Both the position numbers and the translations under genes were made by a program. Shown one piece after another: positions 46,988 to 57,200 of a stretch of 64,000 bases of DNA. This DNA is from a virus, in IMG/VR virus record IMGVR_UViG_3300037470_000856, positions 32,001 through 96,000 of that record; one strand, given 5' to 3'. The stretch's first letter is position 1, and each line of letters begins with the position of its first letter. The notes under the pieces were generated by a model. The model did not search any database. It was not told the origin of the DNA and was given only the letters and a program-made list of their open reading frames with translations.

Positions 46988-47383
46988 TCAATCCGTGAAC
47001 GTCCCATCAGGACCAATGCCCAACGCTCCCCCAAGGCTCTTCGTGCCCGGAGCCTGATGAGAGATCGAGCGGGCCTCCACGGTGCCCAGGAGTTGACGGA
47101 CACCCTTCTTCCACTCCTCGACGTCGTCCCAGTCCAGCGACTTCCCATCGTAGGACAGGAGTCGTTTCAGGGCGACTATCCCAGCCGTCAAGTCCAGCGC
47201 CAAGTCCCCGGGCCAGATGCCCTGATACCCGAGGCGTTGCAGCAGGTCGGCGCAGGCGAACACCTCCACCGTGAAATCCGACCGGAGACCTTTGCGAACT
47301 TTCGCAACGACGTCCTGGAGAGCCTCCGCATAGAACTCCTGGCCCATGTCGCTCTCGACGGGATGGTAACCCCAAGCACCCAT
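46988..47383 (-). CDS. DUF4259-like protein
   Basis: MGAWGY..ESD N-terminal signature. Confidence 0.55.
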   Translation of the reverse strand: MGAWGYHPVESDMGQEFYAEALQDVVAKVRKGLRSDFTVEVFACADLLQRLGYQGIWPGDLALDLTAGIVALKRLLSYDGKSLDWDDVEEWKKGVRQLLGTVEARSISHQAPGTKSLGGALGIGPDGTFTD

Positions 47384-47409
47384 AGCAGCACCCTACCTGG
47401 CTGGCGGCT

Positions 47410-47556
47410 TCAGGGCCACTCCGAACAGGCGACGACCTCCGGCTTGGTCGCGTCGCGTGCCATGTCCCAGAGGAGCCGCTTCGCCCCGGTGCCGTCGTCC
47501 TGGATGTGGATCCCGGCAGCCTCCGACTGGTCTTCCTTGAGTTTCGTGACCGTCAC
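47410..47556 (-). CDS. Small 48-aa ORF
   Basis: GAAGGAG RBS then GTG; MTVTKLKEDQSEAAGIHIQDDG...; fills the gap between neighbours. Confidence 0.35.
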   Translation of the reverse strand: MTVTKLKEDQSEAAGIHIQDDGTGAKRLLWDMARDATKPEVVACSEWP

Positions 47557-47605
47557 GCTCCTTCTACTCCGAGCTCAACGCGTTGCTACCGCCGCAGGCG
47601 CCGGC

Positions 47606-48142
47606 TCAGCCCTCTTCCGAGATCGCGTGGAGAAGCTGCGAGCAGACCTGGACCCACTGGCGCATCTTCTTGAAGTGATCCTTCGATCCCTCGTCCTTCG
47701 GCATGCGCACCGAGGTCTGGATGCCGGGGCGCACCGGGTCGTCGAGAGGCAGGTCCCGAGGCACCTCCACGATCGTGCACGTCAGGATCTCGCCCTCGGG
47801 ATGCTCGCTGGAGACGCGAACCTGGGCAGCGCGGAACGTGCCGTGCAGCTCCTTCTTCGATGGGTTCCCGTGGCGGTCGAAGCGGAAGCACTCCGCGAGG
47901 TCCTCGCCGACCGGCCGCCAAGCACCCACGATGCGCCCCGCATCGGCCACGACCACGATTGGCCTTTCGAGGCGAGGGAGCGCAGGCTCGTCCGGCATCC
48001 ACTTGTCCACGTCGTGCAGGTACAGCACCTCCGCGACGAAGCCGTGGGTGACGTCGGCGATGACGCTGAGAGAGTCGATCAGCGTCTCCTGCGAGATGCC
48101 GGGCATCTTGCCGGCCATGAAGTCTCCGAGTGTGAAGGACAT
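47606..48142 (-). CDS. Hypothetical protein (start MSFTLGDF)
   Basis: AAGGAGG RBS before ATG 48142. Confidence 0.6.
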   Translation of the reverse strand: MSFTLGDFMAGKMPGISQETLIDSLSVIADVTHGFVAEVLYLHDVDKWMPDEPALPRLERPIVVVADAGRIVGAWRPVGEDLAECFRFDRHGNPSKKELHGTFRAAQVRVSSEHPEGEILTCTIVEVPRDLPLDDPVRPGIQTSVRMPKDEGSKDHFKKMRQWVQVCSQLLHAISEEG

Positions 48143-48384
48143 GTCCCTCCTTTTACACCTTCGTCGGTCCGCGATCCTACGGCTTGCGGAACACCAGGAT
48201 GGGCTCTCGTGCCTGGTCCTGCGACCGGTTGAGAGACGAGGTGGGTCGGTGGCGGTGCAATGGCGGTGACCCCGAGACGACCACTGATCCCACCGGTTCG
48301 CCACAGCCTCAAACCCCATCTCGACCGTAGGTCTGCTCGTCCCGCTCCGCGCTCCACGGACAGACGCCAGTAGCCGCGATCCTC

Positions 48385-50901
48385 CTACGGCTGATCATCG
48401 AGCATGGGGTCGGGCTTGCGGAAATCTTGGACTGACCCCACCTCACCGCGACGCAGCAGTTTCTCCCGACGCCGGTGCTCCTCGTGACAGAACTTCCCGC
48501 TGTTCTGCTTGCTGTAGTCCACGAACTCCCGGCCACAGTGACGGTACGCGCACGTCTTCGTGCGACGTCGAAACTCGTCGGCCTCCATCATCTCGACGCG
48601 GCATTTGGGGCAGTGCTTCGGACGCCCTCCCGTCAAGGACACCTTGAAGTCTTGGCCGCAGCTTTCGTTCTGGCAGGTGAACACACGATGGTCTTTCCGA
48701 GGATGCCTCCTCCGCTGCGCCCTACGTCGTGCTCGAGTAGCACAGGATTCGCCACAGAACCGGTTGTTCGTCCGCGACGCGTGGAACTGGCGCGTGCACC
48801 CTTCGCACACCTTCACGATCTCCTTCTGTGGGCGCTCTGGCAAAGGCATCACTACCTCGACAGGCTCGCGGAACTCCTGCTCCTCGGCGAGGGCCCCGCG
48901 TCTGCACCACACCAAGACCCACTCGCAATTATCAGCCTTCACCGGCGACGGCATCGCGTACCGTATGCGTTCCGGTTGCCCGAGACCGAGTTCGATGCCG
49001 ATGGCGGCGGTGTCTTCCACGAGGTTGTACTTCACACCCCGGTAGATGAAATCGTCCACGTTCAGCACGAGCCAGCCCCCTGGCGCCAAGGTACGCACGG
49101 CACGCTCCACCACAACCTTCCAGAACCGCTCAAGCCATACCTCGTAGGTCCCATAGCGCGCGCTCGACTGCGTGTTCTCGTCGGCGTAGTGCTCCTGTTT
49201 CCAGTACGGAGGCGATGTGAGCACCATGTCAACGCCGGGGGGAGGCTCAAACTCTTCGGCAGCCACGCAGCTCAGCTCGACGCGCTTTTCAGATCCCGGC
49301 ACGTAACGATCCACCCACCGCGCGAGCTCGTGCAGCCCTTGGAACGATTTCGTGCTCGGCTCGCAGGCGATGTACCGTGCCTTGGCCGAGGAGGTGAGCG
49401 CCCCGAGCATGCGCCCTCCCCATCCCCCGCACGGGTCGAACACGGTGCCCCCCTCGGGGCAGTAACGGTCCACGAGGACCTTCGCCACCGAGGGTCGGAA
49501 GTTGTAGACGCCCGACAGCCGGTAGCGGAGCCCTCTGCGAACGCCGGCCGCGTTGGGGACTTGTCCACGCTCAAGCACCCCCTCAAGGACACGGCGCAGC
49601 TCTGTGTCGTCGTCGAACATGGCCTTCGGACTGACGCGGCTCCCCGCGTTGTGGGCGTCCCAGATGTGAGGCATGAACGCCTGGCAGCTAGACTGACCCA
49701 CCTGCCGCGCCTTGAGGGTGTCTCTTTGCAGGATGTGGCCGAGTTCAAGACGCGCGAGGGTAGACAAGTCCTCTGGCCGTGCGACGTGATAGGGGAACCC
49801 GGCACCTCTCCAGAAAGCGAGCAGATCATCAACTAGCTGATTGTCACCCTTCGCCCATGCCTTGCAGCGCTCGCGAAGTTCCTTCGGCAGCGATATCCTC
49901 TCGCTGGTCTGGATCTTCGGAAGCGGCCGCACTTCCTTCGGCCAGAATCGTTCCGGGAGCTTGTGCAGCATGTCGGGGGTGATATGCGGAGCGACTATCT
50001 CGAACAGGCGCCTTGCTGAGGCGGCTCGAATTTTGACCATCTTGCAGGTGGGATGGTGAGTAGTGACGTAGATCCTCAGGTTGAATCGCCTTCCCAGACC
50101 CTCCGCAATCTCCTGTGCTTGCTCTTCCGAAAAGTCCCCCACAGCGAAAGCCGGGATGCCGCCGTCCTCCAAGGTTCCATCATCGAAATACCAGAACGCC
50201 AAGGACCTCTCCGTCAGAGACTCGATGATCGAGGGCAGGAATACTTTCTCGCCGTTCGGATAGAGCAGCCGCCGCATCGCTTTAAGCCAGACGTGCTGGT
50301 CTGTGCGGAACCCGAAGCCGGCCCGTACCTCACCGGAGTCGTGCATCTGCTTCTCCTCGTAGAACATGGGGCGCGAAATCGGGGACAAAATGTCGTGGAC
50401 GTGCTTGAGGTAGGCGTGCGTGACCTTGAAAATCCCTCGCTCAAGCAGATGCCCGTCGCCCAGCATCGACCCGATGATGACCTCCTTCTGCTCTTCGGTG
50501 AGCTCAACGACCGACGTTGACCGCTCCGTCTTACTGATCGCCTCGATGCCCCACAGTTTCCGGAGCCGTTGGATCGCGGACTTTTTGACGCCGTAGTGCT
50601 TGGCGATTTGGCGCTCGCCCATACGGCTGTAGAGGTCCCGCAGGATGGCGGGCGTCACGTCGTCGAGAGACGGCCCAGCATGGCCCTCCTGCCGTTCCCT
50701 CCTCTGTCGCGGGGTGATGGGGCCGATGCCCCAACGCTTCCTCAAGCGCGCCACAGCAACGTCGCTGAACGCCGTCTCAAGGCCAAGGTCAGCGGCCACC
50801 TTCGCCGCGATCTGCGCGTCGGTCAGCAGATCCTCTTTGTAAAGGCGCCGCAGTTTCATCTCATCCAGGGCCTTGGAGAGCATCCCGTATTTGGTGGCCA
50901 T
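48385..50901 (-). CDS. HTH + LAGLIDADG endonuclease + amino-DNA methyltransferase + zinc ribbons fusion
   Basis: IIGSMLGDGHL and LAFWYFDDG (LAGLIDADG_2-type); FRPSVAK..DPCGGWGGR..TSPPYW MTase; C-terminal CxxC repeats. Confidence 0.8.
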   Translation of the reverse strand: MATKYGMLSKALDEMKLRRLYKEDLLTDAQIAAKVAADLGLETAFSDVAVARLRKRWGIGPITPRQRRERQEGHAGPSLDDVTPAILRDLYSRMGERQIAKHYGVKKSAIQRLRKLWGIEAISKTERSTSVVELTEEQKEVIIGSMLGDGHLLERGIFKVTHAYLKHVHDILSPISRPMFYEEKQMHDSGEVRAGFGFRTDQHVWLKAMRRLLYPNGEKVFLPSIIESLTERSLAFWYFDDGTLEDGGIPAFAVGDFSEEQAQEIAEGLGRRFNLRIYVTTHHPTCKMVKIRAASARRLFEIVAPHITPDMLHKLPERFWPKEVRPLPKIQTSERISLPKELRERCKAWAKGDNQLVDDLLAFWRGAGFPYHVARPEDLSTLARLELGHILQRDTLKARQVGQSSCQAFMPHIWDAHNAGSRVSPKAMFDDDTELRRVLEGVLERGQVPNAAGVRRGLRYRLSGVYNFRPSVAKVLVDRYCPEGGTVFDPCGGWGGRMLGALTSSAKARYIACEPSTKSFQGLHELARWVDRYVPGSEKRVELSCVAAEEFEPPPGVDMVLTSPPYWKQEHYADENTQSSARYGTYEVWLERFWKVVVERAVRTLAPGGWLVLNVDDFIYRGVKYNLVEDTAAIGIELGLGQPERIRYAMPSPVKADNCEWVLVWCRRGALAEEQEFREPVEVVMPLPERPQKEIVKVCEGCTRQFHASRTNNRFCGESCATRARRRAQRRRHPRKDHRVFTCQNESCGQDFKVSLTGGRPKHCPKCRVEMMEADEFRRRTKTCAYRHCGREFVDYSKQNSGKFCHEEHRRREKLLRRGEVGSVQDFRKPDPMLDDQP

Positions 50902-50968
50902 ACTCGGGATACTACCGAACCCATGCCCGAACGTCCAGACTAACGGATGAGTCCAACCGTAGACGTAG

Positions 50969-51000
50969 AAAAGGCCACTCCGGCGAACCGGAGCGACCTT
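50969..51000 (-). terminator. Intrinsic terminator after the major capsid gene
   Basis: Minus strand GGTCGCTCCGG-TTCG-CCGGAGTGGCC followed by TTTT. Confidence 0.75.
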
Positions 51001-51019
51001 CTCAGATCAGTCGCTATTC

Positions 51020-51895
51020 CTAGCGAGTGACCGTCAGGCGCGTCAACCCACGTGGGTTGTAGGCCCCAATGCCAAGGTTCTCGAACACACTGAAGCCAAT
51101 GGTTCTAGCCTTCGGATCGTCGGCAGACAGAACGGTCAGCTCCGTCCTGACCGGGATCCTCCCGAACATCTCGGGTTCGCAACACACGTACACGGTGCCC
51201 GCGGGCACGATGCGGCTCGTGATGACCTGGGAACCCCAGAGGGTGGCCTGGAGGCCGGTCTTGAGCAGTGTCGCCTGGCTCTCGATGTCCAGGATGTCCC
51301 GACCGAACTTGCGGATGTCGGCGTAGTCCCGAGCGTTCAGGTACACGCGCGCGACCCGGAGGTCGTGGCGCTCGATGAGCGCGAAGGCATCGGCCAGCAC
51401 CGCACCGGAGATCGGAGCGACCACCGGGATGTCGGGGTTGGTTCCACCGGGGATCGAGTCGAACCCGTTGGTGGCGATGGCATCCAGAACGGCGAACACT
51501 CGCTCGTCCTCGGCGGCCTGGATCTGCGCTCGCGCGAGGTTCTGGGCACGCTCGATGAGGTCGAAGCGGCGCTCCTTGATCTGGGTGAGGGGAATCTCCG
51601 GGTTCGAGGCGATCTCGAACAGCGGGAAGATCACGCGACGCGGCTTGGTGACCGCGATGATGTTCTCGCCCTCTTCGCCGACCACGAACGCGGTGACGTC
51701 GGGGTCTTTGTCGTAGATGGGCAGAGCACCGTCGGGGAGTTGCTCGACCAGGAAGGTCTTGCGTCCCACCGAGGTGTAGTCTCGCCGAGTACGGAGAGGC
51801 TGCGTCAGCGACGCGGCCAGCTTGGCACGACCCGCGGGGGTCTTGATGTACTCGGAGATGAGTCTTTGCTTCACAGCGTTGGAAACACCGGTCAT
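51020..51895 (-). CDS. Major capsid protein (HK97 fold)
   Basis: 291 aa from MTGVSNAV with AAGGAGA RBS; GRAKLAASLTQPLR, FEIASNPEI and FSVFENLGIGAYNP; follows protease, scaffold and decoration genes. Confidence 0.85.
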   Translation of the reverse strand: MTGVSNAVKQRLISEYIKTPAGRAKLAASLTQPLRTRRDYTSVGRKTFLVEQLPDGALPIYDKDPDVTAFVVGEEGENIIAVTKPRRVIFPLFEIASNPEIPLTQIKERRFDLIERAQNLARAQIQAAEDERVFAVLDAIATNGFDSIPGGTNPDIPVVAPISGAVLADAFALIERHDLRVARVYLNARDYADIRKFGRDILDIESQATLLKTGLQATLWGSQVITSRIVPAGTVYVCCEPEMFGRIPVRTELTVLSADDPKARTIGFSVFENLGIGAYNPRGLTRLTVTR

Positions 51896-51911
51896 TGTCT
51901 CTTCTCCTTTC

Positions 51912-52571
51912 CTAGACGCGCTGGTCGTAGACCAACTCGAACTGCTCCGAGTCGGGCGGCATCTTGAGGATGCCCAGCAGGGTGGAGGCCGCCGCACCGT
52001 TTGCGACCTGGGACGTGATCGTCGCGATGTCGAGGGACACCGCGGCGCCGGTTTGGGTGGTGACACGCATCATCAGGTAGCCGTTGCGCGAAGCGACGAG
52101 TTCCTGACCGGCCGTGTAGATGAGGTCGTCGCCCGCGGCGAGCGGAGCGGCGGCGGCCAACGCCTGCGTCTCGAAGAGTTGGTTCCCGTAGGTTCCCTGG
52201 GCGGACACGTAGGTGTTTTTGCCCGAGGCGGGTCCCGGCTGGTTCTCGAACGCGTTCCCGACAGCCGTGTTCACGAACACGCCGAGAGGCTGGATGAGGA
52301 TGTTGTCGGGGGCGCCCGGCTCGACCGGACCTCCGATGAAGTTCGACCCTTGGTCGGGTCGGGTGAAGGCGACGCTGCCGCTCAGGACACCGAGCACTCC
52401 GGTGTTGGTCTGAGTGGAAATCGTGCCTGCGGTGGTGACGATGGGCGGGTTGGTCTGAGTGAAGCCATCCGCCGTCAGAACGCCGGTGGCGTTCCTGATC
52501 CCTACGTGCAAAAGACGCAGGGCAGCGGAGCTCTCGGTCCACCCACCACTCGCCTGTCCAAGCATCGGCAT
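51912..52571 (-). CDS. Capsid decoration/cement-like protein
   Basis: Gly/Ala/Thr-rich, PLGVF..., SGKNTY; directly upstream of the capsid gene. Confidence 0.6.
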   Translation of the reverse strand: MPMLGQASGGWTESSAALRLLHVGIRNATGVLTADGFTQTNPPIVTTAGTISTQTNTGVLGVLSGSVAFTRPDQGSNFIGGPVEPGAPDNILIQPLGVFVNTAVGNAFENQPGPASGKNTYVSAQGTYGNQLFETQALAAAAPLAAGDDLIYTAGQELVASRNGYLMMRVTTQTGAAVSLDIATITSQVANGAAASTLLGILKMPPDSEQFELVYDQRV

Positions 52572-52699
52572 TTGCTGTTGCTCCTTGTTTACTGGCTGAG
52601 TGAGGTGGGGTTCGTGTCGGCGGACCTGGGAATCAGAGTCACTTCACGCTACCGGCCCGAACCATTCACATATAGGCGCCCTGGATAGGGGCTTTACCG

Positions 52700-52742
52700 A
52701 GGTCGAAGGGGCTTATAGGGAAACTAAAAACCCCTTCGACCT
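52700..52742. promoter_or_regulatory. 12-bp inverted repeat between scaffold and decoration genes
   Basis: aggtcgaagggg...ccccttcgacct with a 19-nt AT-rich loop. Confidence 0.6.
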
Positions 52743-52757
52743 GGAGGGGCCGTTCGA

Positions 52758-54218
52758 CTAGCGCGAGCGGGGGAGTCCGAAGACCTCGGCGACGTCGGGA
52801 GCGGTGTCCCAGATCTTGCCGAGCTCGGCGATCTCATCGTGGGCAGCCTTGGGCATGCCCGCGACGTTGCCAAGCGACTTGGCGCCGGCGGAGGCGGCCT
52901 TGGGCTGCGGGCGCAGCTTGGGGGCGCCGGCCTTCTTGCCGCCCTTCTTCTCGTCGGAGCCGAAGTCGAAGTCGTCCTTCTCGGCCTTCTCGTCGGTGCC
53001 GGCGTCGGCGTCCTCGGGCTCCTCCTTGGACTCCTCCTCCATCTCCTCTTCCTCGCCGCCCTTCTTGGCGGTCTTCGGGAGGTCGAGGTCGGCGTAGAGC
53101 GCGAGCAACTCGTCGTCGGCGGAGGCTTCCTTGTCGGACTCCATGAGGCCCATCGGGTCGGTGCCCGCGGTGATCTCGATGTCGTTCTCGGTCGGGTCGC
53201 CCTCGCCGGCCTTCTTCTCCGAGCCGTTGCTCTGTGCGACGACGGGGGTGTGTGCGGCGGGATCGGGGTTGACGTTGCCGCCCTCGCCCGACTGGATATC
53301 CGCGCCCTTGGCGAGGGGATCCCGGTTGTCCTCGGCCTTCTTGCCGGCCATGACGGACATCTCCTCGTCCATCTCCTCGAGCATGGCGCGGAGCATAGCC
53401 TCTTCCTCCTCTTCCTCCTCTTCCTCCTCCATGGCGCCCTTCTCGCCGGAGTAGCTGTAGTCGGCCTTGTTCTGGTCGACGCCGTCGCCGTCCATGTCCT
53501 CGGCCATGAGGTAGGCCATGAGTTCCTTGTCGCTCATGCCCTCGTCCTCGTCGTCGTCGGCGCCAAAGAAGTGGCCCATCGCCTTGACGATGCGGCCAAG
53601 CGCGCCATCGATCTTGTCGAGGCGGGCGGTCATCTCGTGAGCGGCCTTCTTGCCGCCCTCGTCGAAGAGTTTGGTGCCCTCCGACTCCTCGCCCTTCTCG
53701 AAGTCCTTCTCGAAGTCCTTGTCGTCGTCAGCATCCTCGCCGGCGAGGACGGAGAAGGTCTCCATCGCCGCCTTGAGTTTGGCGTCGTCGAGGTCCATGA
53801 GCCGCACGGCGCGGTCCTCGACCGCGCTGACCAAGGCGTTGGGCAGCATGGCCGACGCGAGGCGGACGCACAGTGCGGCGCGCTGCTCGGCGAGCTGCTT
53901 GAGGGATGCCTGCTTGCCGCCACCCTCCGCCATCGCCTGCTCGGGCTTCTTCTGGAATTCCGAAGTGGCGGGATGGTCGAGTTTCTCCGTCGTCAGGTTG
54001 CCGGGCATCGCCGGAGACGGAGACTCGGGCTCCATCGGCTTGTGGAGGTCTTCCGCCCACGAGATAGTGTCGCCGTTCTCGTACTTGTCGGCGTCGGGAT
54101 CAGGGTAATAGGCTGGGGACGCAGGGCCTTCGGTGCGGTCCACCGCAGGCATCTGCGGAGGCGGCGAAGCCTTCTTGCCCTGCTCGGCCAGTTTTCGGGT
54201 GAGTCGTTGACGTGCCAT
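52758..54218 (-). CDS. Putative scaffolding protein
   Basis: Very acidic, low-complexity 486 aa between protease and capsid genes; many K-x-A motifs. Confidence 0.6.
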   Translation of the reverse strand: MARQRLTRKLAEQGKKASPPPQMPAVDRTEGPASPAYYPDPDADKYENGDTISWAEDLHKPMEPESPSPAMPGNLTTEKLDHPATSEFQKKPEQAMAEGGGKQASLKQLAEQRAALCVRLASAMLPNALVSAVEDRAVRLMDLDDAKLKAAMETFSVLAGEDADDDKDFEKDFEKGEESEGTKLFDEGGKKAAHEMTARLDKIDGALGRIVKAMGHFFGADDDEDEGMSDKELMAYLMAEDMDGDGVDQNKADYSYSGEKGAMEEEEEEEEEEAMLRAMLEEMDEEMSVMAGKKAEDNRDPLAKGADIQSGEGGNVNPDPAAHTPVVAQSNGSEKKAGEGDPTENDIEITAGTDPMGLMESDKEASADDELLALYADLDLPKTAKKGGEEEEMEEESKEEPEDADAGTDEKAEKDDFDFGSDEKKGGKKAGAPKLRPQPKAASAGAKSLGNVAGMPKAAHDEIAELGKIWDTAPDVAEVFGLPRSR

Positions 54219-54245
54219 CGTGGTTTCTCCTCTTGGTGTGCCTGG

Positions 54246-57200
54246 CTAGAACCGGGTCTGCTTTCGCAGCGAAAGGATTCGCCCAAGACGCACCAAGGTC
54301 TTGGCTTCTCCCGTTTGTGGTTTGCGACCGAGCACCTCGGCACAGCGCGCGAGGTACTTATCGAGGGACGGATGCCCGTCGGTAGACCCGACCCGGAGAG
54401 CGGTCCTGTAGAGATCCCTCGAAACTTGGAAGTCGTGGGTCTGCTTGAGCCGGGCGATCCCGTCGATCAACTCCACGTCGGACCGGGCGATGCAAAGCAG
54501 CGCCTCGGTCCCGGCGGCCAGCTTGGCCATGGCCGCCTGGTGGTTGATGTTCTCGTTGGTGGAGGTCTCGAGTTCGGCGGGCGAGGGCTCGTCCTTGTCG
54601 CCCTCGTCGCCCTGCATCTTGTCGCGGAGCTTCTTCTTGATCTTGTCGAGGACGTACTTCTCGACCGCGTCCTCGAGATCCTTCATCGGGTCCGCGTCCT
54701 CGCCCCCGCCCGGGTCGCCTGGCATCCCGGGCATGCCGCCTCCGGCGTCGTCTCCGGCGTCGTCTCCGGGAGGAGCGGTGAGCTGCGCGAGGCGAGCGTG
54801 CGCGAGGCGGGCCTGGCGACGCTCCTCGGCGAGCTCGGCCGCGGTCTTGGATCCCTCGAAGCTGACGGTCATGTCGCGCGCGGCCTTGGCCATCTCGTCC
54901 TCGCTGGCCGTCCACTGGCGCGGGGGCTCCGAGAGGAGGCGCTGCATCTGGCTGCGTGTGTCGAGGTTGATACTGTCGGGCTGCAGGATGTTGCGCATCA
55001 CGGCGCCCTGGAACGCCGGGACGTCGACCCAGGATGCCTCGATGAAGGTAACGCCACCCGTGGGGTCGAGCGTCTCGTGGCCGCACAACTCGGCGACCCG
55101 AAATTTGTTGCCAAGCTGGTCGTACTCGTACTGGCCCTTGCCATACTTGACGTGCTCGCAGTTGTGAACGGCAAGGCCCTCGACCACATATGAATGATCG
55201 CCCTCGACCCCGAAGTTGTGGACCGGACCAGAGTAGGGCTCGCAGGAGACGCCCCGAACGCGGTAAATGAGCCAGTTACCGACGCGCTTGAACCCATCGG
55301 TCACGGCCGACATCGTGACACGGGCTGTCTCCCGGTCAGAGAACCTGACCTCATCACCGAACCCTTGAGGATCGGAGACCACAAGACCGAACGAGGGGAG
55401 CCACCCACGGTGGTCGCGTACGGTAACGGAACCGTCACCGTTCACCACTTGGTCGAGGGTCGCGCTGCGACCTCCAAAGGTGACCTTCTTGTACGAGTAC
55501 AAGCCGCACCGCGCGGCTAAGATGTGCATCTGGTTCAACAGGTTGAGTGATGTAGTGGAGCCAACGATACCGACGTCCGCCTGCGTTGCATCACCGCCGA
55601 GCCACCCGAACAGGACGTGCTTCTGCACCTCAGGACTCCATCGGAGAATTGAGGGATCAAGACGTTTTTCGTGCGAATACTCGCCGCAGTACCGGAAAAA
55701 GAACTCGGCGACCTGGGCATCCATGAAACGGACATCCACGGACCCGCTGTCCTCTGTGCTGCCGGAATTCCGGTTCCGATGCACCCGGACCGACCTGTCT
55801 GCGCTCCCCACCCACTGCCGGTTGCAAACCTTGCACTGGTAACAGTCATCGGCCCCTTTCTTGAACCGGACGTTGTACGCGTACTCCGAGGGAGCCCGGC
55901 ACCCCGGGCACATGACGTCAGAGGAGACCGACCGGCTCGTGCTACGTCGATGGACCGGAGTCACGCTGTCGCGGGCGACCAAGGTGCGCCAGTTTTCCGA
56001 CGAAACCCGTCGCTCGTCGCGGCCGAACTCCTCGTTCAGGAGCTTCTCCACCTCAGCCGCGAGAGTGTCATGCTCGTGGTGGCCGAATGTGAAACTGACC
56101 CCGACCCTCTCACTGTCCCGCTTGATGAAGGATCCCTCGGCCAGGAAATAGCCAATAAGCCGCGCCCTGTTGACGGTAGCGTCGTCTGTGTTCTCCGTCT
56201 CCTGCGGGATGGGGAAAGCGAGATAGTCCCCAGCCCTGAGGTCTCTAGCCGCGACGAATTCCAAGTCCACGTCGAACAGGCGTTTATAATCCCCCATCTC
56301 CACGACGTTCACGGCATAGGGATTCGGGTTTTGCAGCCGCGTGTTGTGGCCTGGGAGGAACCGGCGCCGGAACGCCTTCACCGAACCGCGCTCGTGCTCC
56401 ACCGTACGCCGAAGCGGAGCTCCACAGCCGCACGCGCAGATCTGTGCGGGTCGGAGCGTCCAGTACGGATGGTTGGGGGTGGAGCGCAATCCAACTGGGA
56501 CCCCGTCGACGTCGAGCGAGATGAGATGCCCCTCGTACGGACGGCGCATTGTCTCTGTGACGGCGCCCGTCAAACCTGTGTGGGTAACGACGGCATCTCC
56601 CTCGACAATCTCCTCGATCGGCACGTACCGTCCGTCCGCCAGGAGCACACGGGTGCCGGGAGGGAAACACATCTCGGTCTCGTCCGCAGCCACGTTCCCG
56701 CACTTCGTGCAGATCGTCTCCGTGACGCTGCAGCCCATGCTCATCGTGCCCATGCGGCCCGACTCGATGTCGCGGATCAGGCTCGCGTGGCGACGGCTCG
56801 TGGCGATGAGGATGTCGACGTAGACCGAGTCGCCGATGTCGCGGGCGGCGGCGTCGATGATGCGGCCCTTGGACTGGTCCTCGATCTGGACGTGCTCCAC
56901 GAAGTTGTGGGCGCCGACGAAGGTGCGGTAGCTCTTGAGCAGCACCGGGCGGTCCCACGCGTCGTGGTTGTTGTTGATGTAGATGTCGCACTTCGGGAGG
57001 ATGTGGTAGTTCGCCCACCGCCGATTCACCCGACGTCCCATCTCGCTGACGTTGCCGAGTTTGACGTTCGACACCTCGGAGGTGTCCACCGACGCCACGA
57101 TGGTCGCGTGCGTCAGGAGATACTTCTCCGGGGAGAACTGGTCCTGGAGGATCTCCGACGCCTGCGCCACGAGGTTCGGCGAGCTCGAGGCGGTGCGGAC

